The translations under genes and the position numbers were made by a program. From Shigella phage ESh15, in the sequence record ON528725: a stretch of DNA of 64,000 nucleotides; one strand, written 5' to 3'. Below the pieces are notes generated by a model. The model saw nothing but the letters and a program-made list of their open reading frames with translations, was not told the DNA's origin and did not search any database. This document shows, in pieces, positions 51,458 through 61,189 of the stretch; within the stretch, counting starts at the first letter, position 1; every line of letters starts with the position of its first letter.

Positions 51458-53274
51458 TAGGACATCCATTCTTTACGAAGTTCTGAATCATCACCCATCA
51501 ACATTTCAAAGAGTTCTTTCCAATTTTCAGGAAGTTTAACTACGTCGTACACAGGGTTCTGAATCATTTCACGATATTCTGACTTTTCAAGGGAGCCTAA
51601 TCCCTTGATGTATCGAATACTATGCTTAGGCAGCGTATCTTTAGCTTCTTCGTACTCAGCTACAGTATAAAACCATTTTTGAGTTTTGCCGATTTGTGCA
51701 ATAATTACAGGTGTTTTAACAAAGCGAATACGTCCTTGTTCAAACAATTCAGGCCAATTACTAAAGAAAGCAAGCAAAGCCGGATAGATACTTCCAAGAC
51801 CGTCATGATCGGCATCGGTCATAATTGCAATATTACGATAGTTCGTATTCTCTGCTTTTTCACCAAGAATAAGACCTGTGATAGCACAGATATCAAAGAG
51901 CTCTTTGTTCTTCATCATATCAGCATATGACATACCCCAGCTATTCATCACCTTACCACGTAATGGGAATCCGCCATGTAGTTCACGGTCACGAACATCA
52001 ATGAGATATCCAATTGCCGAATCACCTTCTGTTAAGAACAATGTCGTATCTGCGTCTTTACCGCATTGGTTAGCTTTAATATGCTTATGAACCTTAGCTT
52101 TAGTGGCCTTTTTAGCTGCTTTAGTTTCTGCAGCCTTTTCTGCTGCCAATTTACGAGCTAATGCTGCTTCAACAATAGGCATAATCAAGGCTTCGTTTTT
52201 AAGAAGTGCCTGAGCAATTTTCTTAGCATCTAATTGGATATGATTACGAATATCACCATATGTTGACGTTAAACGTTCTTTAGTCTGAGAATCAAAACGC
52301 ATGTTACTCATGTCTCTAATAAACATCAACATTGTGAGGCATTCTTTAACACGAGCTTTAGTGACTTCAATACCCTTATATTTCTTTTTAATACCTGGCA
52401 AAAGATGTTCGCAGATATCGTCCATTACACATTCAACATGATGTCCACCATTTTTAGTATGGATGTTATTCACATAAGTTAAATGACGGAAGCCATCTGG
52501 TGATGTTGTGAATGCTATAGAGACTTTATCATTTTCTTGAATGATGTTATCTTCACCAAATTGTTTAGCAAATCGTTTAAAATTACCATCAACCTTTTTA
52601 CCATTAAATGTGAACTTGATATCAGGATAAACGACTGCCAATGTTTGAAGTCGGTCTAAAGTAATATCTAAATAAATTTGAGATAAATTATGCTCTTCAA
52701 ATGAAGAGAAATCAGGAGTGAAGATTACTTTAGTGCCTTTACCTTTAGATTTCTTAGAAGACCATGATTTGTTTTCCATTCCGTTTGAACAGTTAACAGT
52801 GATTTCATTTTCGCCATCTGACGTGATGCCTGTAAACAACGTAGAGAAGATATTAGTTAAACTACTCCCGACGCCGTTCATACCACCAGTCTTGCGTTCA
52901 GAGTCATCACCAAAGTTACCACCGGCCTTTGGAATAGTCCAGGCTGCTACAGGCCCAGGAATTTGTTCACCTGTTTGGTCGGTAACTAAACCTTGAGGAA
53001 TACCACGTCCGTTATCTTCCACAGAAACTTGATTATTTTTAATTTGCACATCAATTTTATTTGCAAACTTAAATGATGTACGAATAGCTTCATCAACCGA
53101 GTTGTCAATAATCTCATCGATTAATTTAACCAGACCAGGAACATATTCAACTTGTTGATATTTACCAAACAAAAAACGCTCATGTGCTTCTTTGGCCGAA
53201 GAACCAATATACATACCACTACGTTTCTTAATATGTTCTACATCCGACAATACCTTAATTTCATTTTTAATCAT
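51457..53274 (-). CDS. 39: DNA topoisomerase II large subunit gp39, unsplit (includes the gene-60-equivalent C-terminal part)
   Basis: 605 aa (T4 gp39 plus gp60 about 516+160 aa); GyrB ATPase and TOPRIM motifs; no bypass element or split. Confidence 0.92.
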   Translation of the reverse strand: MIKNEIKVLSDVEHIKKRSGMYIGSSAKEAHERFLFGKYQQVEYVPGLVKLIDEIIDNSVDEAIRTSFKFANKIDVQIKNNQVSVEDNGRGIPQGLVTDQTGEQIPGPVAAWTIPKAGGNFGDDSERKTGGMNGVGSSLTNIFSTLFTGITSDGENEITVNCSNGMENKSWSSKKSKGKGTKVIFTPDFSSFEEHNLSQIYLDITLDRLQTLAVVYPDIKFTFNGKKVDGNFKRFAKQFGEDNIIQENDKVSIAFTTSPDGFRHLTYVNNIHTKNGGHHVECVMDDICEHLLPGIKKKYKGIEVTKARVKECLTMLMFIRDMSNMRFDSQTKERLTSTYGDIRNHIQLDAKKIAQALLKNEALIMPIVEAALARKLAAEKAAETKAAKKATKAKVHKHIKANQCGKDADTTLFLTEGDSAIGYLIDVRDRELHGGFPLRGKVMNSWGMSYADMMKNKELFDICAITGLILGEKAENTNYRNIAIMTDADHDGLGSIYPALLAFFSNWPELFEQGRIRFVKTPVIIAQIGKTQKWFYTVAEYEEAKDTLPKHSIRYIKGLGSLEKSEYREMIQNPVYDVVKLPENWKELFEMLMGDDSELRKEWMS

Positions 53275-53325
53275 GTTGTCTCCTCGTTATGAAGGTATTC
53301 TATCATCCGAAATCTAAAGCAAAAA

Positions 53326-53337
53326 GGGCCGGAGCCC
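53326..53337 (-). terminator. Hairpin terminator after ORF 53338-53784
   Basis: GGGC-CGGA-GCCC followed by UUUUUG in the minus-strand transcript. Confidence 0.5.
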
Positions 53338-53784
53338 TTATTTAAATTTAATTTTCTGAAGTGTATCAATTGCAGCTAAACGCCCTTGTTCACTTTTAAC
53401 CGTAATGACCACATCACCTGATACGATCACCGAACCATCAACAAATTCTATAGAGCCTTTTTTGAAATCGACAGCTGTATCTGGTTCCGGAACTTCTTCA
53501 AAGAATTTAAATTCTGCACCATAAATCAGAATATCACCTTGCATACTATGAATAGTTCGGCCATAATCGCCTACGGCTTCTACAGCAATCACTGAAACAC
53601 CATAACCAATCATCTCTTCCACAATAAAATCTTTAGACAATAAAGTAGTATGCAGATTAGTATTAAGACGTTTACCAGTCGTATTAAGAATTCTCAAGAA
53701 ATTATCTTCCTGTCCTTTGATAATACGATATTTCTTACCAACTTCAAAACCTTTAAAACCTTTAAAAGACGTATTAAAAGCCAT
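53338..53784 (-). CDS. Hypothetical protein, 148 aa
   Basis: Minus-strand ORF followed by a hairpin terminator. Confidence 0.45.
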   Translation of the reverse strand: MAFNTSFKGFKGFEVGKKYRIIKGQEDNFLRILNTTGKRLNTNLHTTLLSKDFIVEEMIGYGVSVIAVEAVGDYGRTIHSMQGDILIYGAEFKFFEEVPEPDTAVDFKKGSIEFVDGSVIVSGDVVITVKSEQGRLAAIDTLQKIKFK

Positions 53785-53786
53785 AA

Positions 53787-53966
53787 TTAACCCTTCTTAA
53801 GTAAGTCGTAAAAACCACCGTTCACATGTTTAGGAGCAGAAACCCGACGAGTAGACAGACGATGACATTCAGGGCAAACATCGTTTTCTCGTTCAGAAAT
53901 CCTTTTAATTTTTTCATATTCATGACCACAATCTTCAGATTGACATTTATAGTCGTATAACGGCAT
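53787..53966 (-). CDS. Zinc-ribbon protein (FmdB-like CxxC...CxxC), 59 aa, not in the ORF track
   Basis: Hand-translated MPLYDYKCQSEDCGHEYEKIKRISERENDVCPECHRLSTRRVSAPKHVNGGFYDLLKKG; tightly packed between flanking ORFs. Confidence 0.5.
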   Translation of the reverse strand: MPLYDYKCQSEDCGHEYEKIKRISERENDVCPECHRLSTRRVSAPKHVNGGFYDLLKKG

Positions 53967-53968
53967 TA

Positions 53969-54397
53969 TTATTCCTTAAAATGTGCTTTCAACATTTGAT
54001 ACAAAGACCATGCCTGGTCGTTATTTTCGATAGTAATCGTCATCACAGGAAATTCAGACAATTCGTCAAGTTCACTAGAATCTTGCTCTTCAGACGCTTG
54101 ATATGGATTTCCAACTTCGTCAAAGAACTCTGCTTCATTCGTGGAGAGCCAGATAAAGTTTTCATCAAGAATATCACCGCCTGTTGCGTATCCAACCATA
54201 CCAGTAGATGTCACAATTTTAGTAGGTCGTCCAAGATGGTCAACATCTAATACTTTAAATGGTTCCATGCCAAGACGTCGTGCATAAATCCCATTATCAG
54301 TGTGGTTTTTAATAAACTCTTCTTGGGCACGTTTATCTTTAAATTGGTACCATGAGTTAACGCGGAATTTATTAGCCATTAGTAAGTTTCCTTCCAA
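53969..54397 (-). CDS. Hypothetical acidic protein, 142 aa (goF-position)
   Basis: Size and position similar to T4 GoF (141 aa); identity not verifiable. Confidence 0.4.
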   Translation of the reverse strand: MEGNLLMANKFRVNSWYQFKDKRAQEEFIKNHTDNGIYARRLGMEPFKVLDVDHLGRPTKIVTSTGMVGYATGGDILDENFIWLSTNEAEFFDEVGNPYQASEEQDSSELDELSEFPVMTITIENNDQAWSLYQMLKAHFKE

Positions 54398-54606
54398 TAA
54401 GTTGTACCATTTTCAGTGATTTCACGGAAGATACCATAGATAGGCATTTCATCACCGAGTTTTTCGTAAACGTAAACCACTTCAGTGTAGCATAAAAATT
54501 CAGTCCAGTTTTTCTGTACAACAACTAAATCAGGATTAAACAGAACATCTTCAAACTCATCGATGTTTGAATCAGTAGTTACGTTTTTAATGATTTGACG
54601 TTTCAT
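54379..54606 (-). CDS. Hypothetical small protein (start at internal ATG, MKRQII)
   Basis: Track ORF start would lie inside the promoter cassette; internal ATG has a GGAGAA RBS. Confidence 0.4.
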   Translation of the reverse strand: MKRQIIKNVTTDSNIDEFEDVLFNPDLVVVQKNWTEFLCYTEVVYVYEKLGDEMPIYGIFREITENGTTYWKETY

Positions 54607-54663
54607 AATATTCTCCTCTTGTTTTGATAGGTCTATAGTATCATAGACCATAGTTGTTGTACA

Positions 54664-55188
54664 TCATTTTAGCAAAATAAAATCAACTTGTTCTGCCAAT
54701 GAACGTCTGAACATTAATTGACAACTTCCGAGGATGAAATCAGGTGCTTCATAGACCGCGATGTAGTATCCTTTAGCTTTCAAGAGTTCAACATCCACCT
54801 GGTCATCAAACCATGCATAAACCGCGTCAACACTTTCAAATCCAAAATAGAACCCTTGAGCCCAATCTTCACTCAATTCAAATGTGTGCTCAATTCTATA
54901 GTATCTTAAGATATTTTGTTCAAGGAGTTTATCTTCATTTACTGTAGGACGATTAGGGACATTATAGTTGTCGCCGTGATGGTAGAAATTACCTGAGAGT
55001 ATTCCATGTTTATCAAGGAACTCCCATGTTTCTTCAGAGTTGTCGGTGCCTGACCAACCGTAAGGTGAGCGAGGTTCTTTATTCCAAGAGGTTTCCCAAA
55101 TTCTGACGGCTTTACCGTCTTCGATGGCAATTCCTGGTAATGATTCACGTTGAGTACAAAAACTACGTTCTACGCGGTAAACTAACAT
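54664..55188 (-). CDS. Hypothetical protein, 174 aa
   Basis: Minus-strand ORF with early promoter cassette upstream. Confidence 0.45.
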   Translation of the reverse strand: MLVYRVERSFCTQRESLPGIAIEDGKAVRIWETSWNKEPRSPYGWSGTDNSEETWEFLDKHGILSGNFYHHGDNYNVPNRPTVNEDKLLEQNILRYYRIEHTFELSEDWAQGFYFGFESVDAVYAWFDDQVDVELLKAKGYYIAVYEAPDFILGSCQLMFRRSLAEQVDFILLK

Positions 55189-55204
55189 ATTATTCTCCTC
55201 TAGT

Positions 55205-55243
55205 CGATAGATTTATAGTATCAAAACTAGAGGAGAAGTAAAC
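55205..55243 (-). promoter_or_regulatory. Early promoter cassette
   Basis: GTTTAC -35 on minus strand; upstream of ORF 54664-55188. Confidence 0.5.
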
Positions 55244-55247
55244 AACT

Positions 55248-55667
55248 TTATGCAAAAGATGCTGGACAATATTTTTTGATTTGGAACTCAGGAACTACCA
55301 TGAACTGTCCAGCGAAAACGATGTTATAAAGCTTAACACCATCTTCTACCCATTGGTCGCTAATAAATCCGGCGATTTGCTTAGTTTTCCATGGCGTTCC
55401 ATCAGTTGCAGAAGCAATAGTAAATTCATGGTCTTTTACAACTAAAACAGACCTGCATAGTCCCCATTTGAACGCTTTTTCTTCTGGTTCAATGAATTGG
55501 CTTGAGACGTAGCCAATGTTGCCATCAGCATCACGAACTTTAACTTGATGCGGACTAAAGAGTCCACAACTTACAGAAAGAACTTCAACCAACTTCCCAG
55601 CAACTTTAGAGCGAGAAGCAACAGGTACATATACGTAATCACCTGTAGAGAGATTTGCAATATTCAT
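55248..55667 (-). CDS. Paralogue family member 1 (C-terminal GFISDQWVEDGxKLYNIVF motif)
   Basis: 139 aa; shares N- and C-terminal blocks with 55677-56162 and the C-terminal block with 56225-56716. Confidence 0.5.
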   Translation of the reverse strand: MNIANLSTGDYVYVPVASRSKVAGKLVEVLSVSCGLFSPHQVKVRDADGNIGYVSSQFIEPEEKAFKWGLCRSVLVVKDHEFTIASATDGTPWKTKQIAGFISDQWVEDGVKLYNIVFAGQFMVVPEFQIKKYCPASFA

Positions 55668-55676
55668 AATAATTCC

Positions 55677-56162
55677 TTAAGCTTTACGAGGAGACACATA
55701 GCGAGTGATTTCAGATTCTTCAACAACTCGGAAGTCACCTAAGAATACAATATTGTATAGCTTTTTACCATCTTCAACCCATTGGTCGCTGATGAAGCCG
55801 CACATAGTATCAGTTTTGCTTGGATAACCATATTCGTCGATGAAATCAAATTCTTTATCAGTCTGGAATTCAACGCCTTTGCAAAGGGCCCATTTGAACT
55901 GTGCATTATGCTCTGTAGATTCAACTTTTTCTCTTGAAGCAAAAGCACTACTCACAGGCGTTTCCAAGAACTTTGCACGAACATAAGCAAATTGGGTTTC
56001 CTGTGTCCCAAAACTAGGAATAATACGAACTTTTACCTCAGAATCTTCATCTTTAACGCCTTCTTTAAGTTGAATACTTACAACTTCGACCAATTTTCCT
56101 GCGGCTTTAGAACGAGATTTGTTAGATACGCGAACGATTTCACCAATAATACCAAGATTCAT
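55677..56162 (-). CDS. Paralogue family member 2 (start at internal ATG, MNLGII)
   Basis: 161 aa from ATG with GAGAGAAA RBS; SRSKAAGKLVEV and GFISDQWVEDGKKLYNIVFLGDF blocks shared with member 1. Confidence 0.5.
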   Translation of the reverse strand: MNLGIIGEIVRVSNKSRSKAAGKLVEVVSIQLKEGVKDEDSEVKVRIIPSFGTQETQFAYVRAKFLETPVSSAFASREKVESTEHNAQFKWALCKGVEFQTDKEFDFIDEYGYPSKTDTMCGFISDQWVEDGKKLYNIVFLGDFRVVEESEITRYVSPRKA

Positions 56163-56224
56163 AATTTCTCTCTCTTTGTTTAAATTGAATTCACTATACT
56201 CCATCCATCCTTGGATGTACAACA

Positions 56225-56716
56225 TTAATTTAGAATATTAACCACAGCACTACGTGGAACTACACTAAAATCACCGGCATGAACAACGTTCAGAAGTTCA
56301 ACCCCATCTTCAATCCACTGGTCAGTTACCCAGCCACTTACTGGACCAGCGAATGGGCGTCGAATTGAAACAGCTTTACACAACAAATCAGTAGGCTCAA
56401 TAGGCTTAATCAGAGTACCATACATACAAGCGATATCCATATCAAAGATGTCTTTAACTGGTTCTACTTCTTCAATCAACAGTTCAAAGTCGGTGCTTGG
56501 AAGGGCGGTAGTAGAAATTGTACCGTATGAATTTTTAATTTCTAAGAATAACCAAGGGCCTTCAGCTTGTTTGATGAAGTTAACAATAGTGAAACTATTA
56601 CCTTGAGTGGCACCTAAAATTTCACAAAACTTTTCGTAAGCTCGCACTGAAGCACCGTACCAGTTGATTTGTTTTTCGTCTTTCAGGATGTAAGTAGCCA
56701 TAGCAGTGATATTCAT
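56225..56716 (-). CDS. Paralogue family member 3 (dexA.1/motB-region)
   Basis: 163 aa; C-terminal GWVTDQWIEDGVELLNVVHAGDFSVVP block shared with members 1 and 2. Confidence 0.5.
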   Translation of the reverse strand: MNITAMATYILKDEKQINWYGASVRAYEKFCEILGATQGNSFTIVNFIKQAEGPWLFLEIKNSYGTISTTALPSTDFELLIEEVEPVKDIFDMDIACMYGTLIKPIEPTDLLCKAVSIRRPFAGPVSGWVTDQWIEDGVELLNVVHAGDFSVVPRSAVVNILN

Positions 56717-56739
56717 AATGTTTTTCCTGTTTGGTTAAG

Positions 56740-56777
56740 ATAGATTCATTATACTCCAACCATCCTTGGTTGTAAAC
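56740..56777 (-). promoter_or_regulatory. Early promoter cassette
   Basis: Plus strand CATTATACTCCAACCATCCTTGGTTGTAAAC; upstream of ORF 56225-56716. Confidence 0.5.
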
Positions 56778-56782
56778 TGTTT

Positions 56783-57460
56783 TTATCGCTGTTTTACACT
56801 TAACGGGTCAGGATTCTCAGGGACATCTTCAAGGCCAAGCGCATAACGCTGAGCATATTTTAACATCAAAATATCTTTAGCACAATCGTGAATACTATCA
56901 TGGGCAACGAATCCTTTTAGCGCACCCATCGGTAATGGACACATACTTAATCCTCGTGTCAACGAGTAAGCTTCGATTGCCGTACGAATATCGCGTTGAG
57001 CCCAGAATTTAACAGGTTCTAATTTATCAGTATCAATATCTGGTTCAAGAACACCTTCATCACGATAGAGGTCACGAATCAAATCGACCAATATCGGGAA
57101 GTCAAAGCTCATACCACGGCACCACATCTGTGATTTCCATTGGTCAACTTTATTAGCTCGACAATAATCTAAAAAGATTTTAATGCCTTCAAGCGTAGTG
57201 ACATCGTCTTCAGACGGAGCCAGGTTTTTACGTGCTTCTGCTGATTGTTCTTTCCACCATTTCATAGTGGATTTAGCGAAAACTCGCTTCCCTTTCTGAG
57301 AAGCTAAATTAAATTTAATTCGCTTACCTCGTTGAACAAGTTCTTCGAATGTTTCAACAACTTCAGGGTCGGAATTATATGCAATAACCGCCAGGTCAAT
57401 AACAGCCGCTTTTGATGTATTGCCGAATGTTTCAAAATCTATAATAACATCAGTGCTCAT
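56783..57460 (-). CDS. dexA: Exonuclease A (DEDD-type 3'-5' exonuclease)
   Basis: 225 aa (T4 DexA 227 aa); N-terminal DFETFG motif; adjacent to dda. Confidence 0.85.
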   Translation of the reverse strand: MSTDVIIDFETFGNTSKAAVIDLAVIAYNSDPEVVETFEELVQRGKRIKFNLASQKGKRVFAKSTMKWWKEQSAEARKNLAPSEDDVTTLEGIKIFLDYCRANKVDQWKSQMWCRGMSFDFPILVDLIRDLYRDEGVLEPDIDTDKLEPVKFWAQRDIRTAIEAYSLTRGLSMCPLPMGALKGFVAHDSIHDCAKDILMLKYAQRYALGLEDVPENPDPLSVKQR

Positions 57461-57469
57461 AATTTTCTC

Positions 57470-58783
57470 TCAAATAAAATGGACGTCAAAACGACCACGA
57501 GTCGTGCCGACATACAATAACTGTTTAGCTAATTCTGAATCGGCATAATGGATACACGGTGTATAAACAAAGGCCGTGTCAACAGACATACCCTGGGCCT
57601 TATGGAAGGTTGATACTGGTAGTGCCTTTACCTTAGTGAACATACGTTTAGCATCCCAGAATTCACTCCATGGAGCTTTACCACCTTTATTCCAGAATTT
57701 GTATGTTTCTGCTGTCTTAGCCAAAAACAAATTGAATTTATAAAGCTCTTCTTCAGAAGAAATAACCTTTATATCCTCGCGGACGTATTCTTCATCATCA
57801 CCGTATGTTTCTACTGTAAGATTCCAGTATCGTATCATATATTCGCCTGAAACACCACGTGCTTTAACGAATGTAGACGTTTCTACAGCGTCTCGAATAC
57901 GAACGAATTGCCCGTTATTGAAAAGCATTTCGGTCATATTTTTGCCATCTAGCTTATATGTCTTAGTAAATGGCTCTTGTAGAACAATGACTTCGTCTTT
58001 AATAAATGGTTTTTCTGTTTCAAGAAGTTTTCGGCGAATAATTGAATTTAACTTGTCCACCGACTTATTTGTGAATGCCATCATTCGATTTTCGAAAAGG
58101 TCTTCAGGAGTTTTAACGACATTAAAATAGTTCATCATATACGATTTAAGGTCTGTATATCTATGAACACCGTGCCCGTCAACTACTTTATCGTAAATCC
58201 ATTTGCCATTACGAATATCAGTCGCAACATCAATAATTGGTGCATTGCTACGTTTAACTTCTGTAAGGTTGCATTGCACGAAGTCTTTGTGAGTGAAGAA
58301 AGGACTTAGATACGCAGTTGATTCGCCTGGGTCTACCGGTCGAATCTGGCATCTGTCGCCGATTCCAATTACTGTACACCATTTAGGGATACTAGCTAAC
58401 ATTATTTTAAACAGAGAACGGTCACACATTGACGCTTCATCAAATAACAGTACACGGCACAAGGCTAAGTCTGGAACCTTTTTCTGTTCAAATAATACGT
58501 TTTCTTCGTATGTAGTTGGGTTGATTTTAAGAATGCTATGAATAGTCGATGCTTCTTGACCTGCAAGTTTGCTTAGAACCTTTTTAGCAGCGTGTGTTGG
58601 TGCTGCTAAAATAATACCTGATTCTCCAGAAGAAATAAGGGCTTCAACGATGAATCTAGTAAGGGTTGTTTTACCTGTACCTGCAGGTCCATTAATAGTT
58701 ACGTGATGTTTCTTTTCTTTAATAGCTTTCATAACAACGTTGAAGGCGTTTTTCTGGCCTTCAGTCAAGTCATCAAATGTCAT
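57470..58783 (-). CDS. dda: Dda DNA helicase (SF1B)
   Basis: 437 aa (T4 Dda 439 aa); Walker A GPAGTGKTT, Walker B LLFDEASM, C-terminal YVGTTRG. Confidence 0.92.
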   Translation of the reverse strand: MTFDDLTEGQKNAFNVVMKAIKEKKHHVTINGPAGTGKTTLTRFIVEALISSGESGIILAAPTHAAKKVLSKLAGQEASTIHSILKINPTTYEENVLFEQKKVPDLALCRVLLFDEASMCDRSLFKIMLASIPKWCTVIGIGDRCQIRPVDPGESTAYLSPFFTHKDFVQCNLTEVKRSNAPIIDVATDIRNGKWIYDKVVDGHGVHRYTDLKSYMMNYFNVVKTPEDLFENRMMAFTNKSVDKLNSIIRRKLLETEKPFIKDEVIVLQEPFTKTYKLDGKNMTEMLFNNGQFVRIRDAVETSTFVKARGVSGEYMIRYWNLTVETYGDDEEYVREDIKVISSEEELYKFNLFLAKTAETYKFWNKGGKAPWSEFWDAKRMFTKVKALPVSTFHKAQGMSVDTAFVYTPCIHYADSELAKQLLYVGTTRGRFDVHFI

Positions 58784-59091
58784 CGTAAAGTCCCTGCAAT
58801 TGGAATACTAACAATACGGCCGGTATCTAGAATTCGTTGATACAATCTTTGCGTCTCTGCATCTAGTTTAACGTGTTTCATTTCAAGCTTATTAAACCAG
58901 AACTTACGCGGAGTTTCGACCATTCTTAGAACTCCCATTTTTAAATCTGTTTTATACTGTGTTTTCAAAGTATCGAAAACTTTATCTGCAATATCCTTTC
59001 TAAAAAATACTGCAGGACGATGTTCATCAAGTGGAACCGGGACAGTAAATCCTTCCATATCTCGATAAACTATTGCATATACATAAACCAT
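58780..59091 (-). CDS. Hypothetical protein (dda.1-position)
   Basis: 103 aa ORF overlapping the dda start by 4 nt. Confidence 0.45.
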   Translation of the reverse strand: MVYVYAIVYRDMEGFTVPVPLDEHRPAVFFRKDIADKVFDTLKTQYKTDLKMGVLRMVETPRKFWFNKLEMKHVKLDAETQRLYQRILDTGRIVSIPIAGTLR

Positions 59092-59093
59092 AA

Positions 59094-59840
59094 TTAACCT
59101 TTAATCAGTTGGAATAATGATGCGCTAAGTGGTAAGCCACGTTTCAATTTTAATTTACCAATGAAACCAATCTTTTCAAAACGTTGCAGACCTTGGATAA
59201 CTTTATCATATGTATCGAAAAGCGATTCAGCGTCAGTTAATTTAGTTTTAGTTTTCCAGTCAGAGCCTTTAAGAAGAACGTTGAGTTTAGTAAGTTCATG
59301 GCCTTCTGCTTGGTGTGAGCCATTAATGCGTGCTTTCAAAGCAACAATTCTAAGTTTAGATTCGTTGGATAAAGGTTGATTTTTCATCATGTTCGCCATA
59401 TGCTTAACACGATTTTCACGTTTTGCTCGGATTTTTAAAATAGTGCCATAAACCTTTTTAATTTGGGCCCATTTCTTCTCGTCGAGATTAAGTTTCTCTA
59501 CTTTACGGACAGAAGGATTAGCGATACGTCTTGCAATGGCATCACGTTTCTCAATAAGTTCTTCTAATGTTAAATCAGAACGGGCCGTGTTATATTTTTT
59601 CTTAACTGGGATAACATTACCTTTAATGTAGCCGATATCGTTATCAAAACGTTCTAAGGATAATTTCTCACCTTCAACAGAGTTATTGAAAGATTCACCT
59701 GAGTAAGCGCAGACCTTTTGATCAAGAATGTTTTTAAGGTAATTAAAGTCTAAGTTAAAATCCTTAGAGCGTCTCTTCGCAGAAGCTCTGGTGTGGTCAA
59801 GACGACGATTGATTTTGTTAATTTTATTATTTGATAACAT
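59094..59840 (-). CDS. Putative Srd-like protein (basic, sigma-similarity protein position)
   Basis: 248 aa basic protein immediately upstream of dda.1/dda as in T4; assignment by position and size only. Confidence 0.45.
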   Translation of the reverse strand: MLSNNKINKINRRLDHTRASAKRRSKDFNLDFNYLKNILDQKVCAYSGESFNNSVEGEKLSLERFDNDIGYIKGNVIPVKKKYNTARSDLTLEELIEKRDAIARRIANPSVRKVEKLNLDEKKWAQIKKVYGTILKIRAKRENRVKHMANMMKNQPLSNESKLRIVALKARINGSHQAEGHELTKLNVLLKGSDWKTKTKLTDAESLFDTYDKVIQGLQRFEKIGFIGKLKLKRGLPLSASLFQLIKG

Positions 59841-59991
59841 AATATTTTCCTCTGTCTTACGGACGTTAGGTCATTTAGCTGATAAGCTTATAATATCATG
59901 CCCTCAGGTAGTGTACACTCTTTTTCGTAAAATGCTTTAATTTTTTATGTGTTATAATGGTTCTGAGTTCCATCCGGTTATTCCAATCCAG

Positions 59992-60600
59992 TCAGTAACT
60001 GACAATAGTCAGATTCCAGATTGTATAATTTCCGTCTTGAATAATAGAATCTACACGCAGTGTAGTCCCTATAGGGAGCATAAATTCACATTCGTCAGAT
60101 ATAAGTCTAGCATTAGACCGTCTTGTCGCTTCAGGGAAAGCTCCATTGAACTCACAAGATGGCGCAGCCAGAATCATGTTAAGCATATGTTCACGGAAGT
60201 TGAAAGCAAATGGTGCATCTTTGATACAGAACATATTAAATGTTCCGTAAAAATTATACGAAGCGAAGTTACGTGCTACACCGAACACCGGGCTGAAGCT
60301 CATTACTCTGTCAAATTTAATAATACTACCAATGCCTTTATCAACGAGTGTGGCCATAGTTTTCTTAGAGATTCCACGATACATTGTCTCAGGAACAGAA
60401 GACGTCCAATTTCTACGAACGATTGAACTTAACTCCTGTTGAATACAGTCTGGCTTGTTTTCCATACACTGCCACAGTATACTTTGTTCAATGTCGCTGA
60501 ATTGACTATCAATTTCGTACTGCAATACATCTTGATATTCGGGGTTTTGAGCACGACGAACCATTTCTTCAATTTCACACTCGTTATACGGCATAAACAT
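59992..60600 (-). CDS. ModA/ModB-like mono-ADP-ribosyltransferase
   Basis: 202 aa (T4 ModA 200, ModB 207); R-S-E triad candidates (YRGISKK, SFSP, ISDECEFMLP); position upstream of the Srd-like gene. Confidence 0.7.
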   Translation of the reverse strand: MFMPYNECEIEEMVRRAQNPEYQDVLQYEIDSQFSDIEQSILWQCMENKPDCIQQELSSIVRRNWTSSVPETMYRGISKKTMATLVDKGIGSIIKFDRVMSFSPVFGVARNFASYNFYGTFNMFCIKDAPFAFNFREHMLNMILAAPSCEFNGAFPEATRRSNARLISDECEFMLPIGTTLRVDSIIQDGNYTIWNLTIVSY

Positions 60601-60811
60601 TTAGGTTTCTCCTGTGGTTGATAAAGGTATAGTATCATCATCGGAAGAGTTTGTACACTAAAAATTCAACATTTTTAAATGAATGATTTTGTATAATCGA
60701 GATAAAGGGTCATATTCTAAGTCTTCAATTTCCACAATCTCAAATCGAGAGATGCCTGAGACCATGTACTCTTGTTCAGATTGACATGTCATGATAGACC
60801 TCCATTTAAAG

Positions 60812-60848
60812 ATAAGCCTATCATAACACGAGAGGAGGGAATGTAAAC
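60812..60848 (-). promoter_or_regulatory. Early promoter cassette
   Basis: GTTTAC -35 on minus strand; upstream of a small unlisted ORF (about 60795-60646). Confidence 0.45.
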
Positions 60849-61189
60849 TACTTTTTAAGCTTTCCGACTAAAGGTCCATCAGGGCCAGGTTGTTCTATCA
60901 TGAATAAGGATGCTTTAAGAAGCAATGCTAACCCTTTCACCATTCGATACCATATCTCAAAGTCCTTTTTCTTGGTTTCCACTAAGAATTGCTCTTTCAA
61001 ATGCTCTTTCATTTCCAAGGACTCCATGGTGGTGGGTCGTCATAATAAGAGGCTAGGTCTTTCAGGACTTCTAATGGTAAACTAAAACCATGGCGTTGTA
61101 TAATACTATCAATTTCATTGACAAGATCACCACGTTGTTCTTTAGGAGCCTTGACTTCAGGCTCATCAAACATACTCATCAAGTCCATA

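Noticed and set aside
59947-60426. 159-aa plus-strand ORF
   Set aside because: Antisense within the Mod-like ADP-ribosyltransferase gene; shadow ORF.
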